Shown: positions 1-9,963, counted from the first letter of the stretch. The stretch: DNA of 32,000 nt from Cylindrospermopsis raciborskii Cr2010 (GCF_003367075.2 NZ_CP065936.1:2670001-2702000), one strand, 5' to 3'. Numbers and translations: made by a program. The notes: generated by a model from the letters alone, not told the origin.

Positions 1-2103
1 AAGAAAAAGAGCAAGAGTAGTAAAAATACCAAGTGGTATGAACAAGAACCAGAACAACTATCCTTGGGGAAAAATTTACCCAAAGGGGGAATTTTTCATT
101 TTCTGTTGGGAGATCCGGGTATGGGGAACTATACAGATAAAATCATAAAAAAGATGACTGGGGAGAACCTCAAGAAAATAGATAATTGGCGAAAAGAGTT
201 TTGTCAAGAATTAACAGACGAGCAAGGGAGCTATGCCCATACATTAAGTGAGAGAATTGATAAACTGTGGCATCATTATGCCCAAGAGTTAAAAAGAATT
301 AGAAAAAGAACCACAGACAGTCTAAATATATGGGGACAGGAGGAAGAAAAAAAGCAAGAAATAGCCCTGGAGAAGAAAGATAAGATTCATGACCAGGAGA
401 AACTTGCAGAAGGGATAGAGAACGCCACATCCTATAGGAGATTAAAGCTAGTCATGGACTACTGGTGCGCCCTTTGGTTTTGGCCCATAGAAAAAGCAGA
501 GGAATTACCAGACAGAGAGCAGTTTTTTTGTGACCTAGCTATTATTTTAGGCGAAACAGAAATGTTGCTGGATAGTAACAGACAGCTATCTCTATTTCCT
601 GAGACCCAAACCCCACAAGAGGGGGAAGAGTTTATTAATCAATGGGGATTTGTTAACTTAAACAAATTAAAGCAGAAGAATATTCGGTTACAGATAGTAG
701 ATGAAGTTGTTAACAACCAGCGATTTTTCCATTGGGAACTAGAATTTGCAGATATATTTTGGGAGAGAGGAGGTTTTGACCTCATATTAGGAAATCCCCC
801 CTGGATAAAGATGGAATGGAAAGAAGGGGGAATTTTAGGGGATTATGACCCCAGGATAGCCATCCGCAACCTATCAGCGAGTGAATTAGCGAAAAAGCGG
901 GAGGAGCTTTTTGATAGACATCCTGGATTGAGGGCTGCATATATACAAGAGTATGAAGAGATAAGCGGAACCAAGAATTTTCTCAATGCGGAACAGAATT
1001 ATCCATTGCTAAAAGGGTCACAAACTAATTTATTTAAGTGTTTTTTACCCCAGGGGTGGAGATACACCAGAGAAGGAGGAGTGTCAGCTTTTTTACATCC
1101 TGAGGGGGTTTATGATGACCCCAAGGGGGGAAGGTTACGTAGGGCAATTTATCAGCGATTGCGTTATCATTTTCAGTTTCAAAATCAATATATTCTGTTT
1201 CCTATAGGACATAGGGTTAAATACAGTTTAAATGTCTATGGTTCAGAGAAATTACCTGAATTTACAACCATAGCTAACCTGTTTACCAGTAAAACCGTGG
1301 ATGAGTGTTTAGAGCATGATGGTAAGGGGGAGGTGAAAGGAATTAAAGATGAATCAAATAAGTGGAATGTACAGGGACACAAAGAGAGAATTATCACTGT
1401 AAATAGGGAGAGACTAAATCTATTTTCCCAACTCTATGATGATGAGGGAACCCCAGGGGAAGAAGCGCGACTGCCAACCTTACATTCCCAGCAGTTAATG
1501 GGGGTACTGGAGAAATTTGCAGCCCAAGAAAGGCGCTTAGGTGATTTACAGGGTGAGTATTTTGCTACAGAAATGTGGCATGAAACCAATTCGCAAAAAG
1601 ACCAAACTATTAAGCGTAACACCCAATTTGCCCAGGGTGCAGAACAGTTGATATTATCTGGCCCCCATTTCTTTGTGGGTAATCCTTTAAATAAAACCCC
1701 CAGAAAGGTTTGTAAGACCAAAAGTGATTATGATGTTATTGACCTGACCCAAATTCCCCCAGATTATCTCCCCCGCACCAATTACGTCCCAGACTGCACT
1801 CCCAGAGATTATCTTGACCGCACCCCCCGTGTTCCCTGGGGTGAGCAAAAACCCGTCACTGATTTTTATCGGGTTGCTTATAGAAGAAGGTTAAGTCAAT
1901 CGGGTGAAAGAACCTTAATCCCAGCAATTATCCCTAAACAAGTTGGACATGTTCATACTTGTATTTCTTTCACATTTGAAAATACCAAACATCTCATATC
2001 AGTTACTGGACTATCATCCTCCTTACCCTATGATTTTTTTATCAAAACAACAGGAAAAGGTGATTTTTATAATAGACATCTCCGAAAAAGAATCAAAGTG
2101 TGA
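1..2103 (+). pseudogene. N6-adenine DNA methyltransferase of the Eco57I / type IIG (RM- or BREX PglX-like) class, 5' portion; truncated by the window edge and disrupted by an IS insertion
   Basis: Frame 1 has no stop from nt 1, so the gene starts left of the window; the listed start at 64 is only a TTG inside it. The catalytic motif IV is NPPW (LILGNPPW, nt 793-804), preceded by FFHWELEFADIF, which is typical of gamma-class amino-MTases fused into large RM proteins. The native frame ends at nt 2073. The last 10 codons (RHLRKRIKV*) are read from the IS end. Confidence 0.75.
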
Positions 2104-3214
2104 TAAAATAATATGAAATGGTATTTTTGGCAACTTATTATGAGCAACATATCTGAATATATCCAGAATAATCCTCACGAATCACACCGTTTATTGGGTC
2201 TGAAGTATGAGCAGTTACAGCAACTTTTGGAAAAAGCCATAAAACTGCATCATCAGAAACAACAATTGGTTGAATCAAAAAAAACCCGAATTATTCAAGG
2301 CGGTGGAGGGCGCAAACCCAAATTATCACCGTCGGAGCAAATAATCTTAACATTAACATATTTACGGCAGTTAACAACATTTCAGCTACTAGGTATTCAA
2401 TTTGGAGTAAGTGAAACAACTGCAAATGATATCTTTAACTATTGGTTGCCAATAATAGGAGAATTATTGCCACCAAGTTTGCTAGAACAGGTAAAAAAAA
2501 ACTCCAGTGATTACGAAGTCGTTAAAGAAATATTAACAGAATTTGAGTTAATAGTGGATAGCTATGAACAGCCTATAGACAGACCTGGAGAGTACCAAGA
2601 ACAAAAAAAATATTATTCAGGTAAAAAAGCCTGTCATACTAGAAAAAGTCAACTAATCGTTTTACCAAATGGTAAAGATATTGTTGATGTAGTAGCGGGT
2701 AAACCTGGTCCAAAAAGTGATGTAAATTTATTCCGTGAAACCAGAAATATATTTGATAAAAAACAAAAATTTAGTGGTGATAAAGCTTATCAAGGAGAGG
2801 AGTTAATGAAAACTCCGACAAAAAAACCTAAAAACCAAGAATTAACGTCTGAACAAAAAGAAAAAAATAAAGAGTTAGCTTCCGAACGAATTTTTGTTGA
2901 ACATTTAATTCGTGTAGTGAAAATATTCAGAGTGGCACAAGAAAGATTTCGATTAAATTCAAGTAAGTATGAACAGGTAATCATGACTATTTGTGGACTT
3001 GTTCGTTTCCGAATGGGAACCTACTTATTTTAGTTATCAAGATTTGGACTTGGCTAAAAATAAATTATCTCACATAGGTGTTATCTTTTGGTTAATTCCC
3101 AACAAGAGGCATCTCTAACGCTTATTTTAGCATACCAGTCAGCTACTTTTGTATTGGGGTGTCTCACCTTAAAAAGTAGTATTGGTAACGCTTTGGCTAT
3201 TTCCGGAGATGTCT
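2074..3214 (+). mobile_element. Insertion sequence (1141 bp) with a single DDE transposase; IS5-superfamily / Harbinger-like (DDE_Tnp_4 type)
   Basis: There are perfect 11-bp terminal inverted repeats: AGACATCTCCG at 2074-2084 and CGGAGATGTCT at 3204-3214. An imperfect match extends to about 25 bp. A 3-bp direct repeat AAT (2071-2073 and 3215-3217) flanks the element. One transposase ORF lies inside. Confidence 0.85.
2113..3033 (+). CDS. DDE transposase (HTH_Tnp_4 + DDE_Tnp_4-like)
   Basis: The N-terminal HTH segment reads GRKPKLSPSEQIILTLTYLRQLTTFQLLGIQFGVSETTANDIF. The catalytic triad context looks intact: IVDSYEQPIDRP, YSGKKACHTRKSQ, SGDKAYQG and SERIFVEHLIRVVKIFRV. The true start may be the ATG at 2141 (MSNISEY). 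Confidence 0.85.
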   Translation: MKWYFWQLIMSNISEYIQNNPHESHRLLGLKYEQLQQLLEKAIKLHHQKQQLVESKKTRIIQGGGGRKPKLSPSEQIILTLTYLRQLTTFQLLGIQFGVSETTANDIFNYWLPIIGELLPPSLLEQVKKNSSDYEVVKEILTEFELIVDSYEQPIDRPGEYQEQKKYYSGKKACHTRKSQLIVLPNGKDIVDVVAGKPGPKSDVNLFRETRNIFDKKQKFSGDKAYQGEELMKTPTKKPKNQELTSEQKEKNKELASERIFVEHLIRVVKIFRVAQERFRLNSSKYEQVIMTICGLVRFRMGTYLF

Positions 3215-3853
3215 AATGAATCATTCTCCCAATTTCCCTATCCTAATGTTATATCCTCATTACACATACGTACCCTAGCACTAAACTGCCTAACACAATA
3301 CTACGGGGATTTATGGGAGGAAAACTGGCATAATGAATACACCCAAGAGAGTTGGAGTAAAAGAGAGGATCCGCGATTAAACGGTCAGTTCTTTAGTCAA
3401 CTTACACCCTTTTGGCAAAGGAATAATGCCTTACGTACGGATTATGACCGCAGACAGGCTTTATTAGAAATAGATGTATTAGCTGCTATGAGCTTAGGTA
3501 TGACCCTAGATGAATTGAATACCATCTATCGAGTCCAGTTTCCTGTCATGCAACAGTACGAAAAAGACACCTATTATGACATGAATGGTAGAATAGTGTT
3601 TACGACTAATAAAGGATTAGTGGGGGTAGGTTTACCCCGCAAAGGTAACCCTAAAACTAAATCCCCGGGATGGGAAGATATATGGGAAGATATAAAAGAT
3701 ATGACTACTGGTACAGTTGAAGTACCTATTGTCAATCAGACCTTATCTAATAATCCTGCGAACCAAAGTATCATCTATCAAGCACCCTTTGAGAAATGTG
3801 ATAGGATAGAGGACTATAGAAAAGCGTGGGATTACTTCCGGTGTTTAGATTAA
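3182..3853 (+). pseudogene. 3' portion of the same disrupted methyltransferase / type IIG-like gene
   Basis: Native sequence resumes at 3215/3218. Deleting 2074-3217 joins ...GKGDFYN to ESFSQFPYPN... in the same frame. The first 11 codons of the listed ORF are IS-derived. Confidence 0.75.
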
Positions 3854-6279
3854 AAAGAAGAGCGCCAGTTTTCCTCCCAGGAGAATACACATCCTGCGAG
3901 GGTTTTCCGTGCGATCGCATAACTACACAAGTTTAATAGGATGGGTTAGCAGTAGTGTAACCCATGGGGGTGTTGGGTTTCATGCTTCAACCCAACCTAC
4001 GTTTATCTTCCGGTGTTTAGATTAAAAAGAAGAGCGCCAGTTTTCCTCCTAGGAGAATACACATCCTGCGGGGGGTTTCCGTGCGATCGCATGACTACAC
4101 AAGTTTAATAGGATGGGTTAGCAGTAATGTAACCCATGGGAGTGTTGGGTTTCATGCTTCAACCCAACCTACGTTTATCTTCCGGTGTTTAGATTAAAAA
4201 GAAGAGCGCCAGTTTTCCTCCTAGGAGAATACACATCCTGCGAGGGTTTTCCGTGCGATCGCATGACTACACAAGTTTAATAGGATGGGTTAGCAGTAGT
4301 GTAACCCATGGGGGTGTTGGGTTTCATGCTTCAACCCAACCTACGTTTATCTTCCGGTGTTTAGATTAAAAAGAAGAGCGCCAGTTTTCCTCCTAGGAGA
4401 ATACACATCCTGTGGGGGTTTCCGTGCGATCGCATGACTACACAAGTTTAATAGGATGGGTTAGCAGTAGTGTAACCCATGGGGGTGTTGGGTTTCATGC
4501 TTCAACCCAACCTACGTTTATCTTCCGGTGTTTAGATTAAAAAGAAGAGCGCCAGTTTTCCTCCCAGGAGAATACATATCCTGTGGGGGTTTCCGTGCGA
4601 TCGCATGACTACACAAGTTTAATAGGATGGGTTAGCAGTAGTGTAACCCATGGGGGTGTTGGGTTTCATGCTTCAACCCAACCTACGTTTATCTTCCGGT
4701 GTTTAGATTAAAAAGAAGAGCGCCAGTTTTCCTCCTAGGAGAATACACATCCTGCGGGGGGTTTCCGTGCGATCGCATGACTACACAAGTTTAATAGGAT
4801 GGGTTAGCAGTAGTGTAACCCATGGGGGTGTTGGGTTTCATGCTTCAACCCAACCTACGTTTATCTTCCGGTGTTTAGATTAAAAAGAAGAGCGCCAGTT
4901 TTCCTCCTAGGAGAATACACATCCTGCGAGGGTTTTCCGTGCGATCGCATGACTACACAAGTTTAATAGGATGGGTTAGCAGTAGTGTAACCCATGGGGG
5001 TGTTGGGTTTCATGCTTCAACCCAACCTACGTTTATCTTCCGGTGTTTAGATTAAAAAGAAGAGCGCCAGTTTTCCTCCCAGGAGAATACACATCCTGCG
5101 AGGGGTTTACGTGCGATCGCATAACTACACAAGTTTAATAGGATGGGTTAGCAGTAGTGTAACCCATGGGGGTGTTGGGTTTCATGCTTCAACCCAACCT
5201 ACGTTTATCTTCCGGTGTTTAGATTAAAAAGAAGAGCGCCAGTTTTCCTCCCGGGAGAATACATATCCTGTGGGGGTTTACGTGCGATCGCGTGACTACA
5301 CAAGTTTAATAGGATGGGTTAGCAGTAGTGTAACCCATGGGGGTGTTGGGTTTCATGCTTCAACCCAACCTACGTTTATCTTCCGGTGTTTAGATTAAAA
5401 AGAAGAGCGCCAGTTTTCCTCCTAGGAGAATACACATCCTGCGAGGGTTTTCCGTGCGATCGCATGACTACACAAGTTTAATAGGATGGGTTAGCAGTAG
5501 TGTAACCCATGGGGGTGTTGGGTTTCATGCTTCAACCCAACCTACGTTTATCTTCCGGTGTTTAGATTAAAAAGAAGAGCGCCAGTTTTCCTCCCGGGAG
5601 AATACATATCCTGTGGGGGTTTACGTGCGATCGCATGACTACACAAGTTTAATAGGATGGGTTAGCAGTAATGTAACCCATGGGAGTGTTGGGTTTCATG
5701 CTTCAACCCAACCTACGTTTATCTTCCGGTGTTTAGATTAAAAAGAAGAGCGCCAGTTTTCCTCCTAGGAGAATACACATCCTGCGAGGGTTTTCCGTGC
5801 GATCGCATGACTACACAAGTTTAATAGGATGGGTTAGCAGTAGTGTAACCCATGGGGGTGTTGGGTTTCATGCTTCAACCCAACCTACGTTTATCTTCCG
5901 GTGTTTAGATTAAAAAGAAGAGCGCCAGTTTTCCTCCCGGGAGAATACATATCCTGTGGGGGTTTACGTGCGATCGCATGACTACACAAGTTTAATAGGA
6001 TGGGTTAGCAGTAATGTAACCCATGGGAGTGTTGGGTTTCATGCTTCAACCCAACCTACGTTTATCTTCCGGTGTTTAGATTAAAAAGAAGAGCGCCAGT
6101 TTTCCTCCTAGGAGAATACACATCCTGCGAGGGTTTTCCGTGCGATCGCATGACTACACAAGTTTAATAGGATGGGTTAGCAGTAGTGTAACCCATGGGG
6201 GTGTTGGGTTTCATGCTTCAACCCAACCTAAGTTTATCTTCCGGTGTTTAGATTAAAAAGAAGAGCGCCAGTTTTCCTC
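3835..6279. repeat. Tandem array of 14 full units of 171/172 bp plus a terminal 42 nt; noncoding
   Basis: Units start at 3835, 4007, 4179, 4351, 4522, 4693, 4865, 5037, 5209, 5380, 5552, 5723, 5895, 6066 and 6238 (partial). Each unit holds one HIP1 site and two hairpins: ATGGGTTA-N9-TAACCCAT and GTTGGGTT-N9-AACCCAAC. The supplied track has no ORF of 60 aa or more on either strand between 3854 and 6243. Confidence 0.97.
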
Positions 6280-6300
6280 AGGGAAAATTCTGAAGATTTT

Positions 6301-6329
6301 GAGGGGCGTGCATTTAGAAAATGCCCCTC
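6301..6329. other. Stem-loop GAGGGGC...GCCCCTC (7-bp GC-rich stem plus an inner ATTT/AAAT pairing)
   Basis: Inverted repeat read directly from the sequence; function unknown. Confidence 0.4.
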
Positions 6330-6367
6330 CAAATATCCCAAAACCCTTGAAATAACTGATTCATCCT

Positions 6368-6397
6368 TTGACGGAAAACGTTTACCGTCAACCTTTT
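6368..6397 (+). terminator. Candidate intrinsic terminator downstream of the array
   Basis: TTGACGG-N10-CCGTCAA is followed by CCTTTTAC. The stem is 7 bp and the T-tract is short, so this is weak. Confidence 0.3.
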
Positions 6398-6460
6398 ACG
6401 AACCGGGAACCGAACATGAAACGTGCCTAGATGAGAGCGTGCCTTGCGATCTCGCGTAGC

Positions 6461-6480
6461 GAGTGCTGCGCAATCGCCCA
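6461..6480. repeat. 20-nt dispersed motif GAGTGCTKCGCAATCGCCCA, copy 1
   Basis: The motif recurs at 7040-7059 in the same orientation and at 11443-11463 inverted. A diverged form (GTGCTTCGAAATCGC, inverted) sits inside the 104-nt repeats at about 9987 and 10213. Confidence 0.8.
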
Positions 6481-6517
6481 CCATTCTGAACCATGCGGTT
6501 ATTTCTATTAGTTGGTC

Positions 6518-6546
6518 TTTTGTAGAGAAGAAAAGTCAGGTATAAT
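6518..6546 (+). promoter_or_regulatory. Possible sigma70-type promoter for the pentapeptide-repeat gene
   Basis: A perfect -10 hexamer TATAAT at 6541-6546 lies 34 nt upstream of the ATG at 6580. The -35 is poor (TTTTGT at 17-nt spacing). Confidence 0.3.
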
Positions 6547-6579
6547 TTCTCTTGATAATTTGGTTACAGATTTAAAACA

Positions 6580-7023
6580 ATGAAAAGATTTCTCACCTTA
6601 GCTCTGATATTGACCTTGTTTCTTGTTTCCTCTTTTAGCTTTAGCACTAGTCCTAGTTATGCCTATAGCCAGTCTGATTTGGAAAAACTTTTAGAAACTA
6701 ATATATGTATAAAATGTGACTTGTCACATGCTAACCTTGAACGCGCTGACCTCAAATATGCTTATCTGAACGGTGCTAACCTGTCAGGTGCTAACCTCAA
6801 ATATGCTGACCTCGAAGGTGCTAACCTTAAATATGCTGATCTGTCAGGTGCTAACCTTGAAGATACTAACCTTGAAGGTGCTGACCTCGAAGGTGCTAAC
6901 CTTAAAGATGCTGATCTGTTAGGTGCTAACCTTGAAGATGCTAACCTTGAACGTGCTGACCTCAAAGGTGCTTACATAAGAAGTGCTAATATAGAAAATA
7001 CTCACACATTAGACGCTAAATAG
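6580..7023 (+). CDS. Secreted pentapeptide-repeat protein
   Basis: It has an N-terminal signal peptide (MKRFLTLALILTLFLVSSFSFSTSPSYA) followed by tandem A(D/N)LxG/ANLxx pentapeptides. The DNA is internally periodic. Confidence 0.9.
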   Translation: MKRFLTLALILTLFLVSSFSFSTSPSYAYSQSDLEKLLETNICIKCDLSHANLERADLKYAYLNGANLSGANLKYADLEGANLKYADLSGANLEDTNLEGADLEGANLKDADLLGANLEDANLERADLKGAYIRSANIENTHTLDAK

Positions 7024-7039
7024 TACGATTACTCATAAG

Positions 7040-7059
7040 GAGTGCTTCGCAATCGCCCA
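7040..7059. repeat. 20-nt dispersed motif GAGTGCTTCGCAATCGCCCA, copy 2
   Basis: It is in direct orientation with 6461-6480, and the two copies flank the pentapeptide gene. Confidence 0.8.
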
Positions 7060-7121
7060 TTCCCACTTCCATTCCCACAAGCTTTGATAGAATAAAAATA
7101 AATCGAGCAAAGGTAACTTTT

Positions 7122-7859
7122 ATGGCAACCCTACTCAGTGAAAGTAAATCACAGACGGGACTGGTTATCTCATGGGAAGCGTTACCCAATGATTTTCAAC
7201 GAGAGGATGAACCAGTGGACAATATAGGACAACCACTTTTAGCAGGTGCTTTATGTGAAAGTTTAGAAATCAGTGGTTTTATTCAACCACAGATGTTAAT
7301 TGCTGCTAATTTTGCCTTATGTGCCACATTAAATGCTCAATTTATCGCTAAAGCACCAGATTGGCTATATATACCTTCAGTTAAAGAAATATTGCCAGGA
7401 CGCAAAAGCTATACACCCCATTTAGAAGGGGATATACCGGCTTTGGTTATGGAATTTTTGTCAGATAAAGAAGGCGGAGAATACTCATTTAAACGTACCT
7501 ATCCGCCAGGAAAATGGTTTTTTTATGAACAGATTTTGCAAGTTCCTATTTATATCATTTTTGATCCAGATGGAGGATTATTAGAATATTATCAACTGGA
7601 AGATGAACGTTATGAATTAAAGCAACCAGACGAAAATGGTCGTCATTGGATTAAGTCAATGGGACTATTTTTAGGAACTTGGCAAGGTACAAAAGAAGGA
7701 CGTACTGGCTATTGGTTGCGATGGTGGGATAAAACAGGTAATTTGTTACCTTGGGCTTTAGAACTGATTGAACAGGAACGTCAGGAAAAAGAAAGGTTAA
7801 TAGCTTATTTGCGATCGCAAGGAATTGATCCTCATAATTTACCTAATCATGCTGGGTAA
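7122..7859 (+). CDS. Uma2-family (DUF820) PD-(D/E)XK endonuclease
   Basis: The architecture is typical of cyanobacterial Uma2 proteins: ...PDWLYIPSV..., IPALVMEFLSDKEGGEY, and a C-terminal coiled tail QERQEKERLIAYLRSQGIDP. Confidence 0.85.
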   Translation: MATLLSESKSQTGLVISWEALPNDFQREDEPVDNIGQPLLAGALCESLEISGFIQPQMLIAANFALCATLNAQFIAKAPDWLYIPSVKEILPGRKSYTPHLEGDIPALVMEFLSDKEGGEYSFKRTYPPGKWFFYEQILQVPIYIIFDPDGGLLEYYQLEDERYELKQPDENGRHWIKSMGLFLGTWQGTKEGRTGYWLRWWDKTGNLLPWALELIEQERQEKERLIAYLRSQGIDPHNLPNHAG

Positions 7860-7969
7860 ATTAGCTATGTAAATGTAGCTCCTGTAGCATTGACTGCTCC
7901 CGCAATCAACGGTTATTTAATAACCAATAAGTAAGTTGGCGTTAAAAGACCAAACTATGTAAAGATGAA

Positions 7970-8037
7970 TAGGATAAGTGGGTGAGTGGAATTAAACACA
8001 AGATGAACGTAGGTTGGGTTGAGGAACGAAACCCAAC
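7970..8037. repeat. 68-nt composite repeat (arm L1 + GTTGGGTT-N9-AACCCAAC hairpin), copy 1
   Basis: It matches 9896-9963 at 67 of 68 positions, in direct orientation. The sequence continuing to about 8075 (GCCCCCATGGGCATCCTA...) is homologous to the reverse complement of the 172-bp array unit. Confidence 0.9.
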
Positions 8038-8092
8038 GCCCCCATGGGCATCCTACAAATAATTGTGCCTCCCTACTTACTGGTAAATGAAA

Positions 8093-8121
8093 AGCTCCTC
8101 ACCTGGTGCGGGGCTTTTTTT
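8093..8121. terminator. Bidirectional intrinsic-terminator-like hairpin
   Basis: The sequence is AAA-AGCTCC-N11-GGGGCT-TTTTTT. The stem is 6 bp including one G-U pair, flanked by an A-run and a 6-7 T run. Confidence 0.55.
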
Positions 8122-8244
8122 ATGGCGTATTATTTGAGTAATGCCATGAGTTGAGGGTGTTGGGTGCTGGATCCCTTATGAGTTCACCTATAGAGATTCT
8201 AGAATAAAATCGGTAAGGTTATTTTTTAAAAACTCCTTCTCACC

Positions 8245-9895
<1,651 letters not shown>

Positions 9896-9963
9896 TAGGA
9901 TAAGTGGGTGAGTGGAATTAAACGCAAGATGAACGTAGGTTGGGTTGAGGAACGAAACCCAAC
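9896..9963. repeat. 68-nt composite repeat, copy 2
   Basis: It is a direct repeat of 7970-8037 with a single A/G difference. The two copies bracket the AAA-ATPase gene. Confidence 0.9.

Noticed and set aside
3835-3860. TCCGGT in both array units as a heterocyst-specific DIF (TCCGGA) promoter, as in the NsiR1 array
   Set aside because: The hexamer differs from TCCGGA, and no acceptable -10 hexamer lies 16-18 nt downstream on either strand in either array. I keep the sRNA-array idea only as an untested hypothesis.
3835-6279. Reading the 172-bp array (and the 79-bp array at 14238-14865) as a CRISPR array
   Set aside because: There is no alternation of a short conserved repeat with unique spacers. 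The whole unit is repeated, and the variable part differs only by a few SNPs shared among units. The repeat lengths are wrong, there is no leader, and no cas genes are in the window.
3835-6279. The 171-bp period with higher-order repeats as homology to eukaryotic alpha-satellite, or as contamination
   Set aside because: The unit contains the cyanobacterial HIP1 octamer and the same hairpin module as other repeats in the window, and it is contiguous with a bacterial gene. The period match is coincidental.
6244-6459. The listed 71-aa ORF that starts inside the last partial repeat unit
   Set aside because: It begins in repeat-derived sequence, has no RBS, has an odd composition, and spans two strong hairpins. 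It is most likely noncoding 3' flank of the methyltransferase gene.
6762-6965. The antisense 67-aa ORF inside the pentapeptide-repeat gene
   Set aside because: It is an artefact of the periodic repeat DNA (SRLAP...), sits opposite a well-supported CDS, and has no independent signals.
8013-8037. The hairpin arms GTTGGGT / ACCCAAC match the integron attC core (GTTRRRY) and inverse core (RYYYAAC) consensus, suggesting gene cassettes
   Set aside because: The order is reversed relative to attC, where RYYYAAC is 5' and GTTRRRY is 3'. The element is only about 25 nt, far shorter than attC sites, and it lacks the extrahelical-base architecture. No intI is present. The match is explained by a simple palindrome.
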